Source: Carcharhinus amblyrhynchos
Lineage: Eukaryota
Assembly: GCA_965287045.1 (NCBI GenBank)
Contig: OZ336875.1
Span: 74,710,001-74,774,000 of the forward strand
Direction: 5' to 3'
Length of the DNA: 64,000 bases
Below are positions 1 through 11,076 of this stretch, in pieces. Under the pieces are notes generated by a model, which did not search any database, was not told the DNA's origin, and saw only the letters and a program-made list of their open reading frames with translations. The position numbers and the translations under genes were made by a program. The first letter of the stretch is position 1. Every line of letters begins with the position of its first letter.

Positions 1-464
1 ATTGGTCCAACATAGGAAGTAAGTCTGAAATTGAAGTTTGAGGAATGGGGTGGGGGGCGGCGGGGTGGGTAGGCTATTCAGCCCTTCGAACCTGCTCTAT
101 CATTTGGATCTGCATCTCAACTCCCATTTTAGTTGCCCTCATTTCATATTTGATATCTTTACCTAAGAAATATTATTGAACTTGGTTATTGATGTGTTGG
201 GTGTCTCGCTTCCTGTTTACTGTAGTCGCTATTTGGGTGAGATCAGGGCAGCTAACATGAACAGGAAGGGTACTTTCAAATGCAAATGTGTTATTTCCAC
301 AGCAAGTTCAGGGCACAAGTCCAGTGAGATTACATTCTGCTTTCTGTTACAATAGCCTTACACCGCATGTTCCAACTCTATAGTTTCAGTATTCGAAAGT
401 ACAATGTCAGGTTTCTAATCCCTGATGATCATTTTCTGAGTTTTGTTGCAAAAAAATGAAAGGT

Positions 465-960
465 TGCATTTATACATAGCATTTTTCCCAATCTCAGGAT
501 GCCCCCGAGCACTTTGCAGCCAGTTAACTGCTTTTGAAGTATAGCCACTATTGTAATGTAAGAAGAACAGCAGCCAGCTTGTGCACACCGTTTACACATA
601 ATTATTGGGCTGCCTGTTTTAATGATTGAGCAACAGAGTTGGCCAGGATACAAGGGTAAACTCTGCAATTGTGCCATGGGACTTTTTACATCCACTTGGG
701 AGAGAACACTGGGAACCGCAGTTTAATGTCTACCTAGAAGGTATTATGTGACTCCGGTCCCACAGCTACCTGGCTGACATTTAAATGAAGTGGCCTAACA
801 GATCACAGAGCTTACTAATAGCTTCTCAGGGTAACTCAGTATGGGCACTAAATGCTGGCCAATCCCAGCACTGCATTGGAGTGTCAGTCTGGTTTATGTG
901 CTTGGTTCTCTGGAGCAAGGTTTGAACCTGTGACCTTCTGACCCCGAGATGCAAGGGCTG
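465..960 (-). mobile_element. Deu-domain/L2-tailed SINE (SacSINE1-like)
   Basis: gtgccatgggactttttacatccac...ctgcattggagtgtcag motifs, also seen at about 6470-6700, 14000-14130, 30715-30835, 33230-33360 and 33785-34390. Confidence 0.6.
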
Positions 961-1399
961 TCACCTTACAATTGACAGAGACGTCGAGTCCAAGGCATTC
1001 TGAACGGCAAGGCCTAGACTCCACTTCAAACCAATGGTAACAATTTACCTTACAGTGGTTCCTTTATATCCAAAGAGGCTTCACAAGCAGTGATGGTGAT
1101 TCAAGGAGAGAGTGACAGAATTATTGATCTGAGACTGGAGGATTGAGGTTGGTTTTTCGGGGCACAGAGGCTCATGGAGAAAAGTCCAGGATCTTTTTTT
1201 CTCTTGCACTTTTTGTGTAGAGAAAGCACAGTTGGGGCTTGACCAGGGAGATGTGAAGTAAGACTTCCTTGGAAGAGTTCAGTTCACTCCAGTGAGTCTC
1301 TTTTTTAAAAAAAACCCATTCATGAGTTGTGAGTGTCACTGGCTAAGCCCAGCATTTATTACCCATCCCAAATCGCCCTTGAGAAGGCGGTGTTTAAAA

Positions 1400-1680
1400 T
1401 GTGTACAGTGCAAACAGAAGTCATTTTTGGCCCATCAAGCTTGCACTAACAATCCCATTCAGTCCTATCCCCATATCCCTACATATTTACCCTGCTAGTC
1501 CCTCTGAGGGGCAAGTTAGCATAGCCAATAACCCTAACCTGTTGGGGGGGGAACCAGAGGAAACCTACGCAGACATGAGGAGAACATGCAAAGTCCACAC
1601 AGACTGTCACCCAGGTTGGTTTTGAACCCGGATCCCTGGCATTGAGTCAGCAGTGCTAACCCTTGTGCCACGGAGCCACT
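1400..1680 (-). mobile_element. V-SINE (HE1-like)
   Basis: tRNA-like head, V-domain (GAGGAAACC...GCAAAGTCCACAC on +) and CR1-derived tail. Confidence 0.8.
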
Positions 1681-2575
1681 TTCTTGAACCGCTGCGGTTA
1701 CTAATTGAAGTGCAGGGTAGTTTTCCTCATTATCCTGCCATCATTCATCCTCAAACAGCGTCACTAACAGATGATTTAATCATTGAGAATTAGCGGTAGC
1801 AGTAGACTTTGCAGTTCATCAAGCCTGCTCTGCCACTTTGCACGATCGTAACAGATCTTCTGCCCCATCCATTTCTCTGCCTGTTCCTTATAACCCTTCA
1901 TTCCCTGTCAGGCCAGAAATCTATCTCAGCCTGCCTCAAATATACTCAGCCGGGGAGTGTTCTCAACCCTCTGGGTGAGAGAATTCCAAAGATTTACACC
2001 TTTTTAAGTGAAGAACTGTCTCAGTCTAAAATGATCAAATCTTTATCCTAAGTATGTGCATCCACCCCCCCACCCCCCCACACAGCCAGAGAAAGCAGTC
2101 TCACCAATGTTTGCCCTGCCAAGGCCATTCAGAATCTTGTGTGTCTCAATGAAATCTCATTGATGTTTGTGAGAGTATGCTGTGTGCGAATTGGCTGCTG
2201 TCTTTACAACATTACAGCATTGATTGAACTCCTAAAGTACATAATTGGCCGCAAAAGTGCTTTAGAATGTCCTGAGGTTGCAAAAGATGCTGTAGAAATG
2301 CAACTCTTCATTGCAAACTGGGACAATTGACTGTCCGGTGACAAGCTATAGACATCCTATAAATGATATAAAGAGACCATTTTCCATTTAACTAACACAC
2401 AATCTGAGTTAGTAAGGAGTATTTTAGTTCTATGGAGCTTCCTAGTTTTATATTTAAAAACTTATGCTCGAACAGGCACTGACATTGATAATAGTTCAAT
2501 GAGAAGGCCCTTCTCTTTGCACTGACCATCAGTTAATGTTTCAAGGTGTGTTTTTTGCTTACAGTCGACCACAAA

Positions 2576-2703
2576 ATGTTCGGCTTCCACAAGCCCAAGA
2601 TGTACCGGAGTCTGGACGGCTGCTGCATCTGCCGGGCCAAGTCCTCAAGTTCGCGATTTACTGACAGCAAACGCTATGAGAAAGACTTTCAGAGCTGCTT
2701 TGG
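2576..2703 (+). CDS. SINHCAF: SINHCAF/FAM60A coding exon 1 (start codon)
   Basis: Acceptor AG at 2563-2564, ATG at 2576, donor GTAAG at 2704. Translates MFGFHKPKMYRSLDGCCICRAKSSSSRFTDSKRYEKDFQSCFG, the characteristic FAM60A N-terminus. Confidence 0.97.
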
Positions 2704-2797
2704 GTAAGGAGGGGAGGGGGTAACCGCTTTGTTGAAAAACCCCATTTGGGTTAGATTTTCCCGTTATTCAGTTGCATTTTTTTTGTATCTTTCAAAG

Positions 2798-2897
2798 GTT
2801 GAACGAAGCTCGGGCAGGTGAGATCTGCAACGCCTGTGTCCTATTGGTGAAACGGTGGAAAAAGCTCCCTGTCGGCTCCAAGAAGAACTGGAATCAT
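2798..2897 (+). CDS. SINHCAF: SINHCAF coding exon 2
   Basis: AG/GTAAGT boundaries, phase consistent after a 94-nt intron. Encodes LNEARAGEICNACVLLVKRWKKLPVGSKKNWNH (GATA-like zinc finger part). Confidence 0.97.
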
Positions 2898-2939
2898 GTA
2901 AGTACATTGTGTGAGGATGTTTGATTGCAAAAGTAGAGA

Positions 2940-3480
2940 GGTAATGCTTGTACAGTCCACCAGTAAGTATTGTGTATAGTATTGGACCCCTTACTTAAGG
3001 AAGGATATAAATGCATTGGAAGTAGTTCAGAGAAGGTTTACCAGACTAATACCTAGAATGGGCAAGCTGCCTTGTGAGGAAAGGTTGGACAAGCTAGACT
3101 TGCACCTGCTGGTGTTTAGAATAATTAAGAGGCAACTTGATTGAAACACATAAGATCCTGAGGGGTCTTGAAAAGGTGGATGTGGAGGTGATGTTTCCTC
3201 TTGTGGGAGAATCTAGAATTGTGGTCTGCCACATTTAAAACGGAGATGAGGTGAAATTTATTCTGAGGGTTGGGTCTTTGGAACTTCCTTCCGGAGAAGG
3301 TGGTAGAAGCAAAGTCTTTGAATATTTTTAAGATAGAGCTAGAAAGATTTTTGATCAACAAGGGAGTTGAAGTGGAGGGGATGTGATAGACAGGAAAGAT
3401 GAGTTGAGCCACAGTCAGATCAGCCATAATTTTATCTAATGGAGCAAGCTTGCAGAGCCAAATGGATGACCACTTCTAAT
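2940..3480 (+). mobile_element. Old CR1 3' fragment (intronic)
   Basis: Degenerate RT C-terminus and 3'UTR. Confidence 0.8.
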
Positions 3481-4069
3481 TTAGACGTTCGTATGTATTT
3501 TTGTATTCAGTAATGGGGCTGAGTAGGGAATACTTGCTGCAACATGTAGCTTTCACAGAAGATGCATTGCAAAGTTATATTCTGGATGTCCAACAACAGC
3601 TGAACAGAGTGAAGGTGTACACCATAGAATGGATATCTGCATCTGCATGTACATACACACACATGCGTGCACACACATGAGTGCACATTCAAAAAGAATC
3701 TAATAATCTTATTCAAGTAACCTAAATAATACTGCACAATGGGGGAGGAGGTTAAGTGCTTAAAACTATCAGATCATTTTAAATAAGCAACTTTGAACTA
3801 AATGTAGGCCATAAATAAAATTTCCATTAAAACATTTCCACCAGGAATTTACTCGGGAAGCATGTGAAGATATGAAGCAACAGGAATGTCAATCATTAAT
3901 CAGCTAGTGAATCCTTTTCAATTCTTCAGATTAATTTCTCTAAGGGAAGAGTGTAAAGATGCAACAACCAATTTGCTCGATTGTCGGTTGAAATGGCTTT
4001 ACTGTATTGAATGGGGTTGATGTCTGGACAGTGTAAGCAGTAATATGGGTGGACTGTTGGGTCTCGCAG

Positions 4070-4196
4070 GTGGTTGATGTTCGAGCAGGACCAAGTTTGA
4101 AGACAGCATTGAAGCCCAAAAAGGCAAAATCTCTCACTGGGAACAGAATAAAAGCCAGTCAGATCAGCAAGATCCAGAAAGAGCTCAAACGACAGA
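4070..4196 (+). CDS. SINHCAF: SINHCAF coding exon 3
   Basis: CAG/GTAAGT boundaries. Encodes VVDVRAGPSLKTALKPKKAKSLTGNRIKASQISKIQKELKRQ. Confidence 0.96.
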
Positions 4197-5164
4197 GTAA
4201 GTATCTTTGGGTGCCTTGCAATATTGTTTCATTCTGCAGTTCAATCAGTAACTTCCTCCTGAAAACGCGCTTTACACACAATCTGGTCCAGAACGTGTGT
4301 AAATAATTCAGTACCTTCACGTGCATCGCTCTGATGGGGGAAAAGATATCTCCAGCTCAGCACACTGCTAGTATTCCTCCAGCCATGTCCTTTACCCAGC
4401 CATCCTCAGCTGCTGCACTGATGGTCTTCTCTTCCATCTAAAGACAGAGATAGATGGTTCTGCAGTGTTTATTCACAACTTCAGGATCTGGTTATCATGC
4501 AGATTTGGGCTGAGAACTGGCAGCTAGCATGCATGGCTCATCAGCACCAAGTAATAATCATCTCCAACAACACCAGTCCAAGCCACTTCCCCCTGACTTC
4601 CAACAGCTTCTCTCAGTCCTCTGCTGTCACTGTCCTCTAGAAGGGTGATTGTCAGCATTTGGCAAAGGTTGAACTAAATTGTTTTAACACTGACTGTACG
4701 ATCAGACTGGTATTCTGCGATGAATAACTAACCTCCTGACCCCTTAAAGCAAGGGTGGGGGGGGAGGTGATTATGAGGGTTGTTGTGAATGGGTGGGGGA
4801 GCTTTAATTCTTGGCCATGGAGAGGGGGGTGTGGGAGAGTTGCTAAAAAGGTAGTGTTTCTCCAAAGAAAAATCTCCAGCCTATTGCTGGGGTGGCAAGT
4901 CAGTCATATGAGGAGAAGCTAAGTCAATTAGAATTATATTTATTGGAGTTTAGAAGAATGAGAGGGCATCTTGTAGAAACTTATAAAATTCTAGCAATCC
5001 AGGGACTCGAGGTAAGAGATTCCAAACCCACCCCGGCAGAGGGCGACATTTAAATTAAATTAAAAACTCTGGAATTATAAGTCTAATAATGACCGTGAAG
5101 CCATTGTTGATGTAAAAACAATCTGGTTCATTCAAGTCCTTTAGGAAAGGAAATTTGTCATCCT

Positions 5165-5290
5165 GATGAAGGGTCATCCAGACTCAAATATTGATTCCAT
5201 TCTCTCCCCATAGATGCTGTCAGACCTGCTGAGATTTCCAGAATTTTCTGTTTTTGTTTCAGATTCCAGCATCTGCAGTATTTTGCTTTT
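5165..5290 (+). mobile_element. Second Penelope-type pLTR fragment with degenerate hammerhead
   Basis: CTGATGAAGGGTC...GACTCAAA with the GAAA motif mutated. Flanked by atttgtcatcct / atttgccgtcct. Confidence 0.65.
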
Positions 5291-5766
5291 ATTTGCCGTC
5301 CTTTCCTGGTCTGGCCTACATGTGACTCCAGACCCACAGCAATGCATTGACTCTTAAATGCCCTCAGGTTTGGACCAAAATGCTGGCCCAGCCAGTGACA
5401 CCCACATCCTATGGACGAGTTAAAAAAAATATTTGGAGAGAAGCTTTTAAATTGAGGGGAGGGGATAGGTTTCTTAAAAGTACCAAGGCGGGGTGGGTGT
5501 GAAAGATAATAGATTTTTCTTTGTTGAGGGTCTAAAGAGAGGTTGAACCAATGGAATTAGGACTGAAACCAGCTCTAATCTATCTGAACAGTGGAACAGG
5601 CTTGATGATCTGAATGGTCAATTCTAGTTCCTATCTTTCTGTAGGTTTGTACATTAGGAAAAAGAACAGATTGGAACTTGATGCATTTGCAGTGTTGAAA
5701 TATGTTCATGATGATTTTAGCGCTGTCTAGTCTACGAATGATAATGGTTTTCTTGAATATCTACAG

Positions 5767-5917
5767 ACTCTGATGCTCACAGTACCACCTCCAGTATGTC
5801 TCCCGCACAGTCCCCTTGCTACAGCAATCACTCAGATGAGGGCTCTGATGCAGAGATGGCTTCTGGATCAAACAGGGTCCCTGTCTTCTCCTTCTTAGAC
5901 CTCACTTACTGGAAAAG
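5767..5917 (+). CDS. SINHCAF: SINHCAF coding exon 4
   Basis: CAG/GTAGAG boundaries. Encodes SDAHSTTSSMSPAQSPCYSNHSDEGSDAEMASGSNRVPVFSFLDLTYWK. Confidence 0.96.
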
Positions 5918-6959
5918 GTAGAGTAAGCACGTACTAATTTCCAATCTCTGTTTCTACACGGCTTCCATCAAACAGATGACCCGAATTTTATTGAACAAGG
6001 TGTGTTTAAGCTGGAAATTGGGGTTTTTGACGTGGAGGTAGCCTCACCCACCCTCTCGGGTGGAAAGCAATGGAGTTCTCTGCAGTGTCCTCCCATTATT
6101 GGTCTCTTAACCAACTCCCAAAACAGCTTATTCGGTCATAATACTGCAAGTTAGTGGGAGCTTGCTGTGTGCAAATTAATTGCCATGTTTTATACATTAC
6201 AACAGTGACAACACTTCACAAAATATTTGATTGACTGTAAGTTGCTTTGGGGACGTACTGAGATTATGAAATGTCACCATTGTTGCAGCGTGGGAATAAT
6301 GGTCAGATATCAGAATATGAGGCGAAAGGAATCAGGATACGGCAGGAACAGGCTACCGAGTCAGATGATTAACCATAATGGATGGCAGAGCAGGCTTGAA
6401 GGGCCGAATAGCTTACTCCTGCACCTATTTTCTACATTTCTATAATCTGTGTTTCATTAATATTAGTTGAGGGTTAACAGTGGCCAGAACACTGAGGAGA
6501 ATTTAAAATATTTATATCCACCTGAGGTAGCAGACTGGGCCTCAATTTAACATCCTGCCTGAAAGCTGGTGCTTCCCACAGTGTGGCATTCAGTCAAGAT
6601 TGCACTGCCAGCCCAGGTTGTGTACTCTAGTCTCAGGACTGGGGATTGAACCCATAACCTACTGACATTGGAGGTGAGAGTGCAATCCACTGAGGCAGGC
6701 GAGGTTACTTTGGAACTGGTGCAGACTATTTCAAAGTTGAAAGCTGGCTTGTGTTTGAGCGAACCAGCATGCAAAGTGATGTTACTGTTATTATTTGGTT
6801 AAAAAGTTCTAAACTTCCTGTAACATTTCATCTAGGATTGGTGATAAGCTAACACGAGAAACATGATATTTGACCAACGCTTTGAATCCAGAATCCACTG
6901 ACAAAACTAGTTTGGCTCAATTGGAAATAGCTTTCATTCATTCTTATGATATGGGCATT

Positions 6960-8285
6960 ATTAGCAAACGTTCAGTAGCCATCATAAGAAGACTGAGTAC
7001 AGGAGTAAAGATGCCTTGCTGCGATTGTATACAGCCTCTGTAAGACTACACCTGGAGTATTGTCTCCTTGGTTTTTGTCTCCTTGCCTGAGCAAGATATA
7101 CTTGCCATAGAGGGAGTATCACAAAGATTCATTTGACCGCTTTTGAGGAAGGTGGGATTGTCCTTGGAGGAGAGATTGAGGAGACTGGGCCTGGATTCTC
7201 TCAAAGAAGGTGAGCTCATTGAAAAGTACAAAATCCTTCCAAAGCTGAAAAGGATAGATGCATGAAAGATGCTTTCTCCTGGCTGCCAGTAGTTGGTGGG
7301 GGCGGGGTGGGGTGGGGGGTGGTGGTGGTGGTGGTGTGGTTTGTTGGTGGTGGTGGAGATGGGATTGGCCTAGAACTTGGGATCACAGTCTTAAAATAAG
7401 GAGCAGGTGTTTCAGATTGAGTTCAGGGTGAATCTCTTCACTGAGAGGGGGTGAATCATTGGAATTCTCTATCCCAGACAGTTGTGGAACTTCAGTCATT
7501 GAGTACATTTAAAACACAGATCGATAAATTTCAAGCAGAGCATGTGGGAAAACAGCATTGAGAAAGATCAGCCATGATGTAGATGCTAGATTAGCTGTCG
7601 GACTGTTCCTATTTCCAATGTTCCTTTCAGTACTTAAGCAATAGGAATAAGATTACAGCTCTCTGCCGTTCAATAAGATAATGAGTTTTACCTCGCACTC
7701 ATTTTTCCACCCTTACCTTATTTCCTTCCAATCCAAATATCCATCAATCCCAGTCTTGAATATATTCAATGAACAACCACCGCATTTGGCAAAGAATTCT
7801 AAAGATTCACAACCTCGAGCTGAAGAAAGCTCTTTATCTCTGTTTGAAATTATCATTTTATCCTGAAACAGTGGTCCTCATTCTAGACTCCAACCAATGG
7901 AAGCAGCCTCTCAGTACCTATCCTGAGAAGCCCTTACAGAACTTTAGATATTTTAGTGAGCTCTCAATCCTCTAAACTCGAGAGAATGTAGACCAATTGT
8001 ACTTGGTTTGCCCCCATCAGATAGCTCTTTAATCCCAAGAATTAACTGACTGAGTCCAGCCCCTTGAGATAAGTATCTCTTTCCTTGCATTCATAGGCCA
8101 AAACTATATAGAAACATTTTGCCTTCAGAGTCAGCTTCACCATTTATTATGATCATGGCTGATCATTCAAACCAAAAGCCTGATCCTACCTCCCCCTCAT
8201 GTACTATGATCCCTTTGCCTCAAATGCTACATCTGACTGCTTCTTGAAAACATTCAATGTTTTGGCCTCAGCTGCTTTCTGTTAG
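6960..8285. mobile_element. Cluster of old CR1 fragments (+ 6960-7620; - 7640-8285)
   Basis: Degenerate CR1 3' sequences in tail-to-tail arrangement, with a (GGT)n tract at 7290-7355. Confidence 0.75.
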
Positions 8286-8849
8286 ATTGGCACAAGCACA
8301 GTGGCCCGCTCAGTGCTATGCTGCCAGCCTCCTGAGCAGGAATCGGCCCTGCCCACTGATTTCTGAAGTGAATCACACTGGCACTCTCTGCAGTGCACAG
8401 TGTGCATGAGATTTATTTTGAAATTCCCGCTGGAAAAAAACCTGTGTGATTTAGTCCCGTTTTCACATGAATTCGACACTTAGAATTTGTTTGGGCAAAT
8501 TCCTGCCCGTTTCTTTAAATATTTGCTATCACTTATCTGCTATCATACTTTTTAAATCTAATGTACTTTAGCCAACTCTGCACTTATTTCTATGTAATTG
8601 GACTTTGTTTAAATTTAAGATCCAGTTTCAGACTTCACTATATTACCCACAAACTCCATATGACAAAACATATTATGATCATTCTTACTCGAAGGCTCCC
8701 TTGCTATGAGGTGAGATCCCCAAGTTACCCTAAAGATGGTGAAGTTTAGCTGAAGGGCTGCTTTCTTGAAATGCTGTAATCCTGGTTGAGCTGAAATTTC
8801 TTCCAGTTACTTAGTGGAAGGATTGAAGCCATTGTCTACGGCCCTTGCC

Positions 8850-9500
8850 ACAAACTCTATTCACTAGCCACCGATTCCATCTCCCTCACTGGCCACTGTT
8901 TTCCATCTTTGGTATCCAGTTGAATGTGGAGCTCCTGACACTGTACTTTGCTATCACCAAACCCTCTGACTTGTGCATCTGTAATTTTATCTCCATCTGC
9001 TACTGAAGCTTTCATCTGTGTTTTAGTTGATTCTTGTCTTCATAGCCTAATTTTAATCCATTCAAACCCTCTCCACTTGCACAGTGTTAAAAGCGGGCTC
9101 ATCTACACTGACGCAGTCCTTGCTGTCTCCCATCCTCCATCCACTTGAGCTTGTCCAAAATTCTTTTGTATCTTAAATCACGCAAAGTTTCAACCACTGT
9201 ACTCACTCACCCACGTTGACTTTTGGTCCACCAACATCTCAATCTGACATTCTCATCCTTGTGTTCAAATTCTTCCATGACCTTGTCCCCTCCTGGTACC
9301 ATAACCTACAACTCTGAAAATTCTGGATCTGGCCCCTTGGGTATCCCCATTTCTTTTGCCACACCACCGGTGACAACACAGCTGGCTAGGCTCTGAATTG
9401 TGGAATTCCCGCCTTAAAACTCCATGTCTCTTCCTTTCAGGATGCCCCATAAAACTTCCTACTGACCAAACATTTGGTCCCTTATCCTAATATCTCCCAA
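8850..9500 (+). mobile_element. Old L2-like 3' fragment
   Basis: Degenerate L2-type C-terminal sequence. Confidence 0.5.
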
Positions 9501-9514
9501 TGATACATTGCGAC

Positions 9515-9895
9515 TTACATAGAATCCCTACAGTGCAGAAGGAGGCCATTTGGTGCATCGAGTCTATCGACCACAGTCCCTCCCAGGCCCTACTCCTGTA
9601 ACCCCATGCATTTACCCTGTGAATTCCTCCTTGCACCAAGGGTCAATTTAACATGGCCAATCAAGCTAACCCACATATCTCTGGAGTGTGGGAGGACACT
9701 GCAGCACTGGAAGGAAACCCACACTGACACAGGGAGAATGTGCAAACTCCACACATGATGTGGGTATGCCGGCGTTGGACTGGCGTAAACACAGTAAAAA
9801 GTCTGACAACACCAGGTTGTAGACAGTGACCTGAGGCCGGAATTGAACCTGCGACCCTGGCATTATAAGGCAGCAGTGCTAACCACTGTGCTGTT
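9515..9895 (-). mobile_element. V-SINE with a Penelope pLTR fragment inserted at about 9755-9820
   Basis: The V-domain is split by atgatgtgggtatgccggcgttggactgg...caacaccagg. Confidence 0.8.
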
Positions 9896-9929
9896 TTGTC
9901 TGACTACATTTGTGAAATGACTTTGGGCT

Positions 9930-10665
9930 GTTTAATGACATATAACATGGTAAAATGCGAACTTGTTCAGTTTGGCAGGGAGAACGAAACAGGCCTAATA
10001 TTATTTAAATAGAAAGAGATTGTGGAATGTGGGGTACGGCGGGATCTAGGTGTTCTGGTACGTGAATCACAGAAAGTTAGTCTGCAGGGACAGCAAGTGA
10101 TTAGGAGGGTAAATGGAATGTTGGTCTTTATTGAAGAAGATTGAAGTATGAAAGTAGGGAAATGTTCCAACAGCTGTACAGAGCCTGGGTGAGATCACAC
10201 CTGGAATACTTTGTAGAATTTTGGTCTCTTTAGGGTAGAATTGTATTAGAGAATGTTCACTTGACTGATTGCTGGAATGAAGGGATTACCTTATGAGGAA
10301 AGGCTGAGAAGCCTCTAGCCATTGGAATTTAGAAGAAAGAGATGATCATAGGTGATCCTAAGGAAACTTGATAAGGGTGGGTTCTGAGAGGGCATTTCCC
10401 TTTTTTAAGGGAATTCAGAATGAGTGGGGCACAGTTTAAAATTAGAAGTTGCTTTTCGGGTCATTGGTCTGTGACATTCTCTTTCCCAGAGAGCAATGGA
10501 AGTTGGGTCATTAAATCTATTCAAGGCTGGCTTAAATAAACAAAGGAAGCGAAGGTTATGGGGAGGGGGATAGGAAACTAGAGTTAAGAGCACAGTCAGG
10601 TCAGTCATGATTCTGTCGAATGGCAGAGCAGGCTTGAGGGGCCAAATGTCTACTTCCCCTAATTT
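9930..10665 (+). mobile_element. Old CR1 3' fragment
   Basis: RDLGVLVRESQK...HLEY...W remnants followed by a 3'UTR. Confidence 0.8.
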
Positions 10666-10913
10666 TTGTCTCGTTTCCAGTATTAAATATGTTTTGAAGG
10701 AATTTTGTAGCTTCATTCTGTTTTTTTTTCTTATAGGTCCCGGATTTCTCAGCAGACTTTGTTTTCCTATCCCTTGGGAGTTTTACTGTGTTCGGGGGCA
10801 GGGTGGAAGGGTTTTGCTGCAATTGTTCATACTCCATGAGCTTGAGACAGGCTTGATGACCCAGCTAGTCTTTTCTTGCCCTTCTAAACCTTTCTCCTGT
10901 CATTATTCCACAG

Positions 10914-11076
10914 GCAAAAGGTATGCTGTGGAATCATCTACAAAGGACGGTTCGGAGAGGTCTTAATTGACCCTCAACTCTTCAAGCCCTGCTGTGCCAA
11001 TAAGAAGAGAACGGTGGAAACCCCAGAGCAACAGGCAGTTCAGTCCCCATCCGCTTCGAAAGATGACGAATGGTGA
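10914..11076 (+). CDS. SINHCAF: SINHCAF terminal coding exon
   Basis: Polypyrimidine tract plus CAG, then QKVCCGIIYKGRFGEVLIDPQLFKPCC...DDEW and TGA. The five exons sum to 669 nt, i.e. 222 aa plus stop. Confidence 0.96.
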
